Below the pieces are notes generated by a model. It made no database searches. It worked only from the letters and a program-made list of their open reading frames with translations, and was not told where the DNA came from. Of a stretch of 64,000 nt of DNA, positions 28,932 to 38,472 are shown in pieces. Source of the stretch: an uncultured virus (IMG/VR IMGVR_UViG_2875459517_000006) (taxonomy: Duplodnaviria; Heunggongvirae; Uroviricota; Caudoviricetes); IMG/VR virus record IMGVR_UViG_2875459517_000006, positions 1-64,000 of that record; one strand, given 5' to 3'. The position numbers were made by a program, and so were the translations under genes. How positions within the stretch are numbered: position 1 is the first letter of the stretch; the number at the start of each line of letters is the position of its first letter.

Positions 28932-29051
28932 TTATGCTCCGCGAGATGCGCTTTCCGCTGGACCTGCGCCTCTGATAATGCTTTCTAGCGGACTAGCTCC
29001 TCGCGGCATTCCGTATAATTGCGGCCCTGCGCCCGGATTTAATTCTCCCAT
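28932..29051 (-). CDS. 39-aa concatemer of arbitrium-type hexapeptides with no signal peptide; not in ORF track
   Basis: GGAGGTG RBS at 29064-29058; MG-ELNPGA-GPQLY-GMPRGA-SPLE-SIIRGA-GPAE-SASRGA-stop; terminator immediately downstream. Confidence 0.88.
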   Translation of the reverse strand: MGELNPGAGPQLYGMPRGASPLESIIRGAGPAESASRGA

Positions 29052-29076
29052 TCGTCTCACCTCCGATATAGTAAAA

Positions 29077-29898
29077 TTATACCTTCTTGACGTTGAACAG
29101 CGCAATTAACGTTTTGTCCGGCGTCTTTGATTGTCGATAGAATACGTTAGGATTAAACGTGTAGCGCTCCGGCTCGCTTCCGACTTTTATTCGCGCAACA
29201 ACATATTCGCCGTCGAATTTCATCTGCTTCAGGCGCCGGCCAAGCGTATCCGAAGTAACGCCGATCGCTGCCGCAAGCTCCTTCTTATTGAACCAGCGAA
29301 TGCGCTTCGGATTCTTTTCGAAAGGATTTTCGCATAGAGCGTTTGTTTCGTAATGAATGAACGGTAGCATCCGGTAGATCAGTCCGATATCCGTCGCCTT
29401 CACTTCGCTGTACACACGCTTGATCTTCGCGCTGTATAGCTTAACGACTTGCTGACTACCGAAATTACCTTTGAAGTGGTAGCGGTCATTTACGCTGTAG
29501 CAGCCGCCCTCTTCTCGGATAATGTCGTGCTCGGTACAGGCGGAAAGGAAGTCGTAAAAGGTCATCCGTTTTTTACCGAGCTGCAAAACGTCCATCATGT
29601 CCGCAGTGGTCATCGGCGTTTTATTACGGCTGGATTTTATTAGAACACCGTTGTAGTCGACGTAGCACTGAAGCAGCATCAGATAGCCGCACTGTGCCGT
29701 CGTAAGAGCGTCATAGACTTCGTGAATATTAGACATATTGGCGTTTGAGAAATCGCGCCGATCGGCTGTTTTTTCTTGCTGCTGACGAAAGGCCGCGTTT
29801 TGATTGCGGTGCCGTAGCGTGTACCTTTCCGACCAGTCTTCGCCTGTCTCCGTATTAATAACTCGTAATCTCTTCATTATACCGTCTCCTTTTCGCAA
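29077..29898 (-). CDS. RepL-like winged-helix DNA-binding protein (two tandem domains)
   Basis: 'VIN.ETGE' N-terminus, two HTH-like halves ending 'Y.VN..Y' and 'Y.FNPNVFY'; true start probably MKRLR. Confidence 0.55.
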   Translation of the reverse strand: MRKGDGIMKRLRVINTETGEDWSERYTLRHRNQNAAFRQQQEKTADRRDFSNANMSNIHEVYDALTTAQCGYLMLLQCYVDYNGVLIKSSRNKTPMTTADMMDVLQLGKKRMTFYDFLSACTEHDIIREEGGCYSVNDRYHFKGNFGSQQVVKLYSAKIKRVYSEVKATDIGLIYRMLPFIHYETNALCENPFEKNPKRIRWFNKKELAAAIGVTSDTLGRRLKQMKFDGEYVVARIKVGSEPERYTFNPNVFYRQSKTPDKTLIALFNVKKV

Positions 29899-29964
29899 AA
29901 ATAAAAGAGCGCTGAACGGGCGCCCTCACAACGTATAGACAACTAACGCAGTAAAATACGGGTA

Positions 29965-30453
29965 TTAGTGATAAACTTTTTCTCCGGTTGCGATATTTAC
30001 GGTGAACTGGCCGTCTGATCTTCCGTTAACGAATGCTGAATATCGTTTCCTACGCTCTTCATTCCGGGCCTTGGCGCGCTTATCCAGTAATTTATTTTCG
30101 TAGGCAGAGCGTGGTCTGCGTATCGGCCGGCCTTTATAGGAGCCGGTTTGGTCGTATTCCTCCGCCAATTTATCCGAAGCTTCACGTTTGTATCGCTCGT
30201 CGAATTGGGTTTCGCTCATGATCGGGTACTCTTCGCGCGTGACCTTATCCGGATGTGGATCGGAAAGCTCTTCGTAGAGTACGAGATTAGCCATTCGCTC
30301 AAGCGCTGAGGGCTCCGGTTGCTCTCCGGTAGAGTCGTAGTAAGCGTCTGCTAAGGCCGTGATTGCCTCAATACGTTCACGCCGTGTCATCTTGCCGGCC
30401 TTGGTAACTGTGTACATTTCCGTAATCGTTTCGTGCAAAATCGTTTTATCCAT
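29965..30453 (-). CDS. Hypothetical phage protein
   Basis: GGGGGA RBS before MDKTIL; overlaps the upstream stop. Confidence 0.65.
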   Translation of the reverse strand: MDKTILHETITEMYTVTKAGKMTRRERIEAITALADAYYDSTGEQPEPSALERMANLVLYEELSDPHPDKVTREEYPIMSETQFDERYKREASDKLAEEYDQTGSYKGRPIRRPRSAYENKLLDKRAKARNEERRKRYSAFVNGRSDGQFTVNIATGEKVYH

Positions 30454-30835
30454 CAATCCGTCCCCCTGTCGTGTATCCTTCGCCGTGACCGGCCCAATAG
30501 TAATAAATGTCCGCAAGCTTTTCGGAGGCTCTGTCGAGTGCTTCATTTACGTTCTTTTGCGCAATGCCCACCCGTTCGCCCGCCTCGGTTTGCGTTAATT
30601 CTCCGAAGTAAACGAGCTCGATCGCCTGTCGTTGCCGATCCGTTAAGCCGGCGAGCTCAATCGCTTTATGAATGTCGATCAGCACTTCCACGGCCGCATA
30701 GTCGCCGCAGCGCTTCCGGCTGACGAACTTTTGGTAATCGGCGAGTAGCGACTTGACGCCCTCTGCGTTATCTAGCGCATAGGCTGCGTTAAATTCGCGA
30801 TCCTTTCGGTGGAGATCGACTTTTACCGTTCCCAT
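30446..30835 (-). CDS. Sigma-70 region 4-type HTH regulator (possible late activator)
   Basis: 'LTDRQRQAIELVYF..LTQ.E.G..VGI.Q..V'. Confidence 0.75.
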   Translation of the reverse strand: MGTVKVDLHRKDREFNAAYALDNAEGVKSLLADYQKFVSRKRCGDYAAVEVLIDIHKAIELAGLTDRQRQAIELVYFGELTQTEAGERVGIAQKNVNEALDRASEKLADIYYYWAGHGEGYTTGGRIDG

Positions 30836-30882
30836 ACGTAAAACCTCCCGTTTCTTTTTCGTCCTACAACCTAGTAATCGCG

Positions 30883-32061
30883 CTAGCTATCGAAATAATT
30901 GCGAACAATTTCGTCCTGCCAATCGAAATCAAACGAGCTCACCATACGTCCATTCCATTCGATCTCATCCCCGGCGCCCAACGTTAGTTCATTCCAGCGA
31001 TAAGGACCTTCCAGAAAAGTGGCCGCTGCATCCCTTAAGCCGTCACACTGACCATTGCCATGTGAGAAGAAGAATGCTTCGTTTCCTTTATTGATTCCGT
31101 ACCAACTCGGTAAATGCGGGTATAGATTTTCGCGCATAAGATTATCGTCAGTAAAATCGTCAATAAGTTCGTCAAGTTGCGTCAGACCATCGCCCGACGC
31201 ATCTGTTGACTTTCCTTTCGCATCCCATCCAATGTCTGTTACTTTCGCGAAATAAGCAGGCGGCTGACCTTCGAGAAATTTTGCGTTATTTTCCGATATG
31301 TCGGTGTCACCGCCTCTTCTGAAATTTGAGCGCCATTTCGTAGTTGCCGGCGGTATTAACTCCGTTATAGGCGGTGCTTTCCGCAGTATTAATATCTGCG
31401 TAGGAATCGTAGTACCTACGTGTTGGAACGTTTCTCCCGGAAGTAAAATAGTCGCGACCTGCCAGCACGTTTCGTGCATGAGCATCCGAAGCTTAGATGC
31501 ATAGTTAGCGAAGGATATGCCTAATGGAAGTACAAACGCAATATAACCGCCGGGCTTAACCGCTTTGATAGCGAGTTCGATAAAAGCAACCTCCGACTTG
31601 CCTCCGTATTCTCCCTTCTTTTTAGTAATTGACCGCCATTCCTCGCCTTCTTGCGGCTCGAACTTAACGTTTACTCCGTATGGCGGGTTGCCGATTACTA
31701 GGTCGTAATAACCTCGGCGTCCGTGTACTAGCGCATTCCCTTCGATAATCTCAGCGTCTGGATATAGCAGCGAGGTTACTTTTGCGCTCGTACTATCAAG
31801 TTCTAATGCTGTAATTTCGGCATCCTTCGGCGCATGTTCAAGAAATACGCCGGCACCAACGGAAGGTTCCAGAACCTTCGGAGTCTCAGGCAGCCGCGGC
31901 TTTAACATATCCCATACGAACTTTGCAACGTGAGTGGGTGTGAAAAAGGCCCCACCGCTAAACGCATTCGGCAGTAACCCGCCTGCCGACGTATAATTTT
32001 GCCGTAAGAATTCGATATCTTCTTCGGTTATTTGGTCGAGGGCTTTCGCGATGATTTCCAT
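30883..32061 (-). CDS. Orphan amino (probably N6-adenine) DNA methyltransferase
   Basis: 'FFTP', motif I VLEPSVGAGVF, motif IV GNPPY; no adjacent restriction enzyme. Confidence 0.88.
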   Translation of the reverse strand: MEIIAKALDQITEEDIEFLRQNYTSAGGLLPNAFSGGAFFTPTHVAKFVWDMLKPRLPETPKVLEPSVGAGVFLEHAPKDAEITALELDSTSAKVTSLLYPDAEIIEGNALVHGRRGYYDLVIGNPPYGVNVKFEPQEGEEWRSITKKKGEYGGKSEVAFIELAIKAVKPGGYIAFVLPLGISFANYASKLRMLMHETCWQVATILLPGETFQHVGTTIPTQILILRKAPPITELIPPATTKWRSNFRRGGDTDISENNAKFLEGQPPAYFAKVTDIGWDAKGKSTDASGDGLTQLDELIDDFTDDNLMRENLYPHLPSWYGINKGNEAFFFSHGNGQCDGLRDAAATFLEGPYRWNELTLGAGDEIEWNGRMVSSFDFDWQDEIVRNYFDS

Positions 32062-32185
32062 CGACTTAACGTTTCCTTCCCAGCGTTTACGATCGGCTTT
32101 CCCTATATCAATCGCCCCCTTTCGTTTGACTTTCGCCTCAAAAGCGAATATAATTTCCGTATACTGTATAATCGAGGTGAATTGC

Positions 32186-32569
32186 GTGGTTATTAATTGG
32201 ATTTCAGCGCAAAGTAATGACGCTTACATAACGCTTGATAAACAGCGAAGAATATACGTTTCGTCCGGCGCACGTAAAATCATCGGCCTGCCCGACAAAG
32301 CACCGTTTTACCTGACGATCGGCTACGACGACGAAGCGAATCGCCTTGTTTGCGCAAAGCCTGAAAGCGTAAAGGCCGATGCGACTCCGTTCAAATTCGA
32401 TAAGCGTTCGTATAATAAAGCCGCAAGCAAAGTAATTAAGGCGGCCGGCTTCAAGGACGAGGACCTTCCGCTACGTTTTCAGATGATTGGCGAAGAGGAA
32501 GCCGCGAAGCAGCCGTATATGGCGTACCCTTCCGGCGTTTATGCTTTCGATCTAAGCTCGGCCAAGTAA
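32186..32569 (+). CDS. Hypothetical protein on the opposite strand
   Basis: GAGGTG RBS plus GTG start; TATAAT just upstream. Confidence 0.6.
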   Translation: MVINWISAQSNDAYITLDKQRRIYVSSGARKIIGLPDKAPFYLTIGYDDEANRLVCAKPESVKADATPFKFDKRSYNKAASKVIKAAGFKDEDLPLRFQMIGEEEAAKQPYMAYPSGVYAFDLSSAK

Positions 32570-33127
32570 CTCGGCAGCCAGCGCATCTAATTTCGCGTAA
32601 AGCTGCTCATACGTCCCATCGTTAACAATTTCGTAATCAACTTCGAAGGTTTGCAGCGCTTTTTCAGTCGGATGATCGAGTGCTGCTAAATCGAAATCGT
32701 CGCCGGCCTTCCGTGCGCGTTCGATCCGTAATTCCTCCGGCGCTGTGATGCGGACGATCGTAAACCCTTCGGCGCGCAGCCGGTCATATTCGTTCTGCTG
32801 CCGAACGTCTTCGATCAGTACGCGATTCTTCAGGGACGGTGCTAAGCCGCAATCACATTTGCGAGAGAAGAGCGCCGTGTATGCGTCGACCTTCGCCATG
32901 CATGCGTCTATCCAGACGTTCTCTCCGAGCATCTTCCGCGCCGCCTGACCGAATTCTTGATAAAACGCGCGTGGCTTCGGCTTTTCTGGTACGGAAGGGA
33001 AAGCGCGATGGAAAGCCGCCTTTAATTCGTCACTGAAGGCGAACTTTTGGAAATCGTAATACATCGATAGATAGCCGGCGGCTTGCGACTTGCCTGCGCG
33101 TAACGGTGCGGTTAGGGCGAGCTTCAT
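32552..33127 (-). CDS. Deoxynucleoside monophosphate kinase
   Basis: P-loop-like A...AGKS, 'F.D.LK', 'Q.FG...R...G.NVW', 'IEDVRQ.NE'. Confidence 0.8.
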   Translation of the reverse strand: MKLALTAPLRAGKSQAAGYLSMYYDFQKFAFSDELKAAFHRAFPSVPEKPKPRAFYQEFGQAARKMLGENVWIDACMAKVDAYTALFSRKCDCGLAPSLKNRVLIEDVRQQNEYDRLRAEGFTIVRITAPEELRIERARKAGDDFDLAALDHPTEKALQTFEVDYEIVNDGTYEQLYAKLDALAAELLGRA

Positions 33128-34167
33128 GGGCGCTCCTCCTCGGTTGCTCCGGAAACAAATTCGATATCGTGCGTGGTGAATTCACCCTCCGCGGCGTCAA
33201 TACGAATATGCCTTATCCCGCGCAATTTCTTACCGTCTTGATACACATCAAACGCATCGCCAATTTTCCGTTCAATAAAAACTAGCGGCGCATCAATCGG
33301 AGCGCACTCTGCGGTCTTCGTCGGCTCCTTCAACCGCGCTAACTCTTCGCCAAGCGTCCGTTTGTCTTTAAACAGCGTGTCGATTTCGTCTTGTAATTTC
33401 GCAATTTTCTTCCGCAGATCTTTAGCTTCGGTTTCTTGAATGTCCGCCAAAGCTCTCGTCTGACCTTTCGAATGAACCGCCGCCTTTTTTAACTCCGCTA
33501 CCTCTTGCGCTAAACTGGCGATAACGTCGATTGGGTCGGCTGGCTTCGGTTCGTCTTCGGTGGATTCGACCGGGACGAGGACGCGATAATACCCGTGAGA
33601 GATTCCGCAAACATATTCCCCGTCTGAATCTTCGTAACCAGCCCCGTCAACCATACTGATGCCTACCGAGGTAACTTCGGTGACAATTCCGTCTGATACT
33701 CCCGATTCATTATTAAATATAACCTCCTCGCCCACTTCCGCCTTGCGATCGGTCAATACGCAACGCCGCATACCGTCAAGACTATAAATGTGAACGATGT
33801 CGGTCGGTTCGAGTACGTGATATTCTTCGCGAAGGATACATCCGCTGGGATTTGCAACCGCTCTAGCATCGTTACTTTCTACGTGATCCTCTCCCGAATG
33901 GAAAACACGATCAACTGTAAAAATGTCGCCATTATCGTACCATTCATCCGGATCATTTTTCTCAACAATTACGATCTTATCGCCAACCTCCGCCTTCCGA
34001 TCGACCTCTACGTATTCGCGCTTGATGCCTCCAAGTGTTTCGTCAGCCAGTACGTGGATTTTAGCGTTTGCGTTTACGATATCCTTCGCCATATTATCGA
34101 TATTCCTCCTTAATATTCGATCATATTCTGATTTAGCTCTTTCCGCCTCAGCGCTGAACCAACCCAT
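33124..34167 (-). CDS. Hypothetical protein with repeated 'RKAEVG' modules and a coiled coil
   Basis: GAGGTG RBS before MGWF; internal repeats. Confidence 0.65.
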   Translation of the reverse strand: MGWFSAEAERAKSEYDRILRRNIDNMAKDIVNANAKIHVLADETLGGIKREYVEVDRKAEVGDKIVIVEKNDPDEWYDNGDIFTVDRVFHSGEDHVESNDARAVANPSGCILREEYHVLEPTDIVHIYSLDGMRRCVLTDRKAEVGEEVIFNNESGVSDGIVTEVTSVGISMVDGAGYEDSDGEYVCGISHGYYRVLVPVESTEDEPKPADPIDVIASLAQEVAELKKAAVHSKGQTRALADIQETEAKDLRKKIAKLQDEIDTLFKDKRTLGEELARLKEPTKTAECAPIDAPLVFIERKIGDAFDVYQDGKKLRGIRHIRIDAAEGEFTTHDIEFVSGATEEERP

Positions 34168-34585
34168 CCGATCACCTCTTCCGCACATATTTCGCAAAGA
34201 CTTGGCGTGATGATTTCGTCGAGAAGTTGGGCATCGTAAGTTCAGCTCTCGCAAGGTCGTCAAGTTCTCGTTTTTCTCGCTTGGTCGGGCATTCGTCTAA
34301 GAAGCGTTCTGTAAGCGCGATTAAATCCTTTCGTGTTATATCCGCCAATACACGGACCCCCCCCCTCCCGTTAATTTATTCCGCCTCCCCAATTGAACTC
34401 AATTTTTTCGAGTTTTTTACCGATCCGAACGACTTCCGAACGTCTCTTTGCAATCTCCTGATCGATAATCCCCGCAGCAGGAGCATGGTCTATAAACCTA
34501 CGCACTTCCTCGAGCAGTTTCCACTCCCGTTTTAAAACCACGTACAAGTGTGCGACTGTTCTCGCATCCATACACAACCCTCCCG

Positions 34586-35152
34586 TTAATTTATTACGCG
34601 AACCTGCACCGACTGACGTCCGAACTGAACCGCGTCGGCTTCATCCGCAACTAATACGTCAATCTTGGCGCCCTTAATCGCGCCTCCAGTATCCTGCGAC
34701 ACTGCTTCGAACGTCGTACCGTCTGCCTGCCGCACCTCAACCGTTGAGCCTAGCGCAATCACTGACGGATCGACCGCTATAATACGCTTGCCTGCGTGAT
34801 AGATCGTATGGCTGACGTCGAGGCCGGTCGCTGTGGTTCCGGTACATCCTTCCGCGCAATATGCCGTATACGCGGTCGCTTCGAACGTTTGCCAGCCGGA
34901 AGTTTGTGCGCGCTTATGCGAAGGCTTCACGTGCTTTTCATTAACTCGCGCCTTAACTTCGTCCTTTACGGAAGCAAGTTCGGTTTCAAGCGCTTTTATC
35001 TTCGTATCCTTGGTCGCCAGTTCAGCGTCCTTACCTTCGATAACGGCTTCCGCCTTCTGGAGCGCGGCTTCCTCTTCGGTGATGCGAGGCGGGTCAGGCG
35101 GTGGTGGCTCCGGTGGCTTGGCGGTTGGATTCGTAAGTAATTGCGTTGACAT
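34586..35152 (-). CDS. 3D-domain (peptidoglycan lytic transglycosylase-like) protein
   Basis: 'ATAY...G.TATG...IAVDP.VI.LGS...DTGGAIKG.KID'. Confidence 0.85.
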   Translation of the reverse strand: MSTQLLTNPTAKPPEPPPPDPPRITEEEAALQKAEAVIEGKDAELATKDTKIKALETELASVKDEVKARVNEKHVKPSHKRAQTSGWQTFEATAYTAYCAEGCTGTTATGLDVSHTIYHAGKRIIAVDPSVIALGSTVEVRQADGTTFEAVSQDTGGAIKGAKIDVLVADEADAVQFGRQSVQVRVIN

Positions 35153-35357
35153 CGCTAGATTCGTTAGTATACCGATAAAATCAGTCCTTTCTTAGGCGGT
35201 CTTTCTGAATATAAAAGAACTCACCTTCGCGATATTGTTTTCGTTTCTCGTTTAGCGCTGATGCTTCCGTATCGTGAACGGAGTGTAGCCTCGCTTTTCT
35301 GTTACTTCCGAAATTATCGGCATCGTCCCACAGTAGATAGACGTATTCGCCCACGAC

Positions 35358-36140
35358 TCACACCTCCTCGAAAAACTGCGCAGTCCAAGGCTCCACGTCG
35401 ACCACTTCGCGTCTTAACGCTTCGGCTAATTCGGTGATTTCCGCCTGTGCGCCGCGTCCTTTTTTACGTTTGGAATAGAACGACAACAACGCGGTCAGAT
35501 TCGCAGTCATTACGAGATTCGTTGCGGCTGCGTTCGGCAGGACGGCGCGGGCATCTTCTGCGGGCACTCCGGCTTCTCGCAATTTATCGTAGAATAGTTG
35601 CGATAGTTCCATAGCCTCCGCGAATATATCCGTAGCCGGACGGTCCTCTACGGGCATACCGTACTCAAAATCGTACATGCCCGCCGTTTTATCGCTCGTA
35701 ACTTTCTCCGGAACCACGTAATCAAATCCGCCCGATCTATCGCCGCTACCCATCCGCACATACCGCTGTGACTGTACGCTAAAGCTAAATCCGGCTCTGT
35801 GTCGCGTAAGTTGCGCCAGTAACGCCCGGCTGACGCCTTCGATCGCAAAGGTGAACGAGATATGCTCCAACGTCGACGTGTGTTTGGACGCGAAGATATG
35901 TCGGAATAACCGGTCGGCGTCCGTGCCTGCACCGCCATCTGACGCTTTGGAGCCGAAATACTTGGCGCCTTCCTTTGCGACGATTTCGGTCGGCTTATTG
36001 GCGCTATAGCACGTTCTGATTGCGGTTAGGGCGACCGCTTGGCCGTCCGTTTCATCACCGCACGGAACAAACGTATCTAAGAAGCTACGAGAGACTTGCG
36101 TATGTGCGATTAGCTGTACGTTCATTTTGGTTTCCGCCAT
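35358..36140 (-). CDS. thyX: Flavin-dependent thymidylate synthase
   Basis: H.STLEH, RHR...FSVQSQRY, EDARAVLP, AQ.EI motifs. Confidence 0.95.
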   Translation of the reverse strand: MAETKMNVQLIAHTQVSRSFLDTFVPCGDETDGQAVALTAIRTCYSANKPTEIVAKEGAKYFGSKASDGGAGTDADRLFRHIFASKHTSTLEHISFTFAIEGVSRALLAQLTRHRAGFSFSVQSQRYVRMGSGDRSGGFDYVVPEKVTSDKTAGMYDFEYGMPVEDRPATDIFAEAMELSQLFYDKLREAGVPAEDARAVLPNAAATNLVMTANLTALLSFYSKRKKGRGAQAEITELAEALRREVVDVEPWTAQFFEEV

Positions 36141-36629
36141 TTATTCGTCCTCCCTATTAACAACTCTTATGAATCTGCCAGTCTCGCTATCTCTTGGTAT
36201 TGTCTTATTCCTATTGTGCAACGAAGAGTGTTCTGATCTAGTAACTAACTCAAGATTACTGACGTCGTTGTTAAGTTTATTTTCGTCTTTATGATGAACG
36301 TGTTCATCCTCTTTCAAAGGTCTTTTTAAGTACTCGGACATTACATACCGGTGCTCGAGAATATATCCATCCTTTTGGGAATTTGGATGATGAGGTTTGT
36401 AGATTAGTTTGTACCCATAACGAGAAATCCTCACTCCTGACTTAAATAAAGGATTTTTAGGACCCCTATTTCCGTAGTTAGGATTACTCGCCCCTCTTTG
36501 GATAAGGCTCTTCCTCTTCGCAGCACATTCTCGGCTACAGGTTTTCCTTCTCGAGTAATGACTAGCCTTTACATACATCTCAGCTCTACATATCTCACAT
36601 GTTTTTACGCGCTTATTACTTAGAGGCAT
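36141..36629 (-). CDS. Free-standing HNH (homing-type) endonuclease
   Basis: Zn knuckle CEIC..CS.EC; 'EHR.VM...L.R.L..DEHVHHKD.NK.NN...NLEL...EH'. Confidence 0.85.
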   Translation of the reverse strand: MPLSNKRVKTCEICRAEMYVKASHYSRRKTCSRECAAKRKSLIQRGASNPNYGNRGPKNPLFKSGVRISRYGYKLIYKPHHPNSQKDGYILEHRYVMSEYLKRPLKEDEHVHHKDENKLNNDVSNLELVTRSEHSSLHNRNKTIPRDSETGRFIRVVNREDE

Positions 36630-36978
36630 CGTAGCCTTCCTTATTCGTCTTTCCTTCTTGTCTATCATGGTTCTCTGCATTTTTCTTCTTATAAATTTCA
36701 TAAATACTCTCAGGATTTAACCCAACTACCCGCGACAGCGATAGTAAGAAATGCCACATATCAATAACCTCATCTTGCAACGCTGCTTGGTTTACTTCTT
36801 TCGGGTTCTTCCACCACTTCCAATTAATCTCGCGTCTGATTTCATCGATCTCTGATTCCATCGCTAAAGTTATTCCAATTACCCACTCATCGTGGGTTTT
36901 ATCGACAGTCCTTTCCGAAATCACTCGTTCATCTAGTGTAGTCTGCATGATAAACATCTCATTCAATCTATCGTTCAT
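36616..36978 (-). CDS. Dimeric dUTPase-like protein
   Basis: 'E.DE...WKWWK', 'E.ID.WHF.LS', 'KN.EN..RQ'. Confidence 0.85.
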   Translation of the reverse strand: MNDRLNEMFIMQTTLDERVISERTVDKTHDEWVIGITLAMESEIDEIRREINWKWWKNPKEVNQAALQDEVIDMWHFLLSLSRVVGLNPESIYEIYKKKNAENHDRQEGKTNKEGYDASK

Positions 36979-37231
36979 CTCGTTTCCTCCTTCGTTAATA
37001 TCGCAATCAAGGCGAACACGGCCACTATCGAAAACCACCGGAATCCTATCGTGTGGATGTACGGTAGAACGAAAAGCAGTCCGGCGATGATCGTTGCCGT
37101 GGCGCTGATAAATCGTTTCATAGGCGATGACCTCCTCACTTATATAACGGGTAGGTAATCGCTACTTTTGCGACATCGCCGGATAATTTCCTTTCGTATA
37201 TAACTGCGAAGCTACTACGGATAATGGACGC

Positions 37232-38215
37232 TTATTCGCCGAAATAAAAATCCGAATCCTTTAGCGCCTCAACCGTTGCCTTCTTGTAGCCGTTACCCTT
37301 CTGCGAGAAGAAGTCGTGCGATTTCGTCTTCGTATTCAGGCCGTTCATGACGATAGGATTCGGCCTTTCCTCTTCGAAATACGGATCGAAGCCGAGGTTT
37401 TGCAGCGCCTTATTCGCGTTGTAACGAAGGAATCGTTTTACATCGTGCGTTAAGCCGACCGCATCGTATAGATCCTCGGTATATGCGACCTCATTATCGT
37501 ACAGTTCCGTCAGCAGTTCGACGGCAAAGTCGCGCATCTCAAGCTGGACGTCCGGCTCTTGCTTTCCGTAGACCTCTTGCGCCAATAAGCCGACGTACAC
37601 GCCGTGGATCGCCTCATCGCGAATGATAAGGTTAATAATCTCGCCGCTGCTCGTTAGCTTGCCTTGGCCAGCGAAATATAACGGATAATAAAATCCGGAA
37701 TAAAACAGGAAGCTTTCGAGGTAAACCGAAGCCACAAGCGCCTTATACAGCGAAAGGGTATCGCCTTCTTTTATGTCGCGATATAGGCCGGTTATCAGCG
37801 CCGCCTTCCGCTGCAAATACGGATTGGTCTTAACCCATTCGAATACTTCGTTGATCGTCTCCGTCGGCGCCAGCGTCATGAATATATTCGAATAGGACTT
37901 CGCATGGACTGCGTTCTCCATCATCGCCATAAAATTCAGGACGGCTTTACGTTGGTGGCCGTCGATATGTTGCGCGATGGTAGGCATTCCGGTATTTCCC
38001 TGCTCCGTGTCTAATAACGTCAGACCCGCAAGGCCTCGCATGTATGTCATCTGCTCGGCAGGGCCCAACGCCTTCCACGAAAGGAGATCGCCATTAAGCG
38101 AAATCTCTTCCGGAAGCCAGAATTGCTTAACGTTCTGCGCGTAGAACATTTGCGTAAAGTCGTCTTCGTGCCGCGACCAATTGGCCGCCGTATGGATTTC
38201 GTTTGCGTTCGTCAA
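37232..38215 (-). CDS. nrdF: Class Ib ribonucleotide reductase beta subunit
   Basis: [36 protein letters not shown]. Confidence 0.95.
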   Translation of the reverse strand: MTNANEIHTAANWSRHEDDFTQMFYAQNVKQFWLPEEISLNGDLLSWKALGPAEQMTYMRGLAGLTLLDTEQGNTGMPTIAQHIDGHQRKAVLNFMAMMENAVHAKSYSNIFMTLAPTETINEVFEWVKTNPYLQRKAALITGLYRDIKEGDTLSLYKALVASVYLESFLFYSGFYYPLYFAGQGKLTSSGEIINLIIRDEAIHGVYVGLLAQEVYGKQEPDVQLEMRDFAVELLTELYDNEVAYTEDLYDAVGLTHDVKRFLRYNANKALQNLGFDPYFEEERPNPIVMNGLNTKTKSHDFFSQKGNGYKKATVEALKDSDFYFGE

Positions 38216-38472
38216 TTATTCGTCCTCCTTTCCCCGCCCCGTTTGCCTTTATGCTTAACTACACCCAACACTTCCGATGTCTTGATCTCGTCCCGGTATC
38301 CTAATAAGCAATTCAGTATCGGGGAGTCTTTATGGCGAACTTCGAGGTACCCACCTTCATACGCTTGAATAACTTTCGCACTAATTAATGTACCCCCGAA
38401 GTAGTAGATAATTATGTCTCCACGTCGTATACTCTTCTGTCTCTCCTCACTTAAACCGCGCATGACAAACAC
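38212..38472 (-). CDS. Small hypothetical gene between nrdE and nrdF
   Basis: ORF filling the nrdE-nrdF gap; start uncertain. Confidence 0.4.
   Translation of the reverse strand: MFVMRGLSEERQKSIRRGDIIIYYFGGTLISAKVIQAYEGGYLEVRHKDSPILNCLLGYRDEIKTSEVLGVVKHKGKRGGERRTNN

Noticed and set aside
28873..29109. 78-aa plus-strand ORF in the track
   Set aside because: No RBS and it crosses a terminator; it is the antisense shadow of the minus-strand peptide-array ORF.
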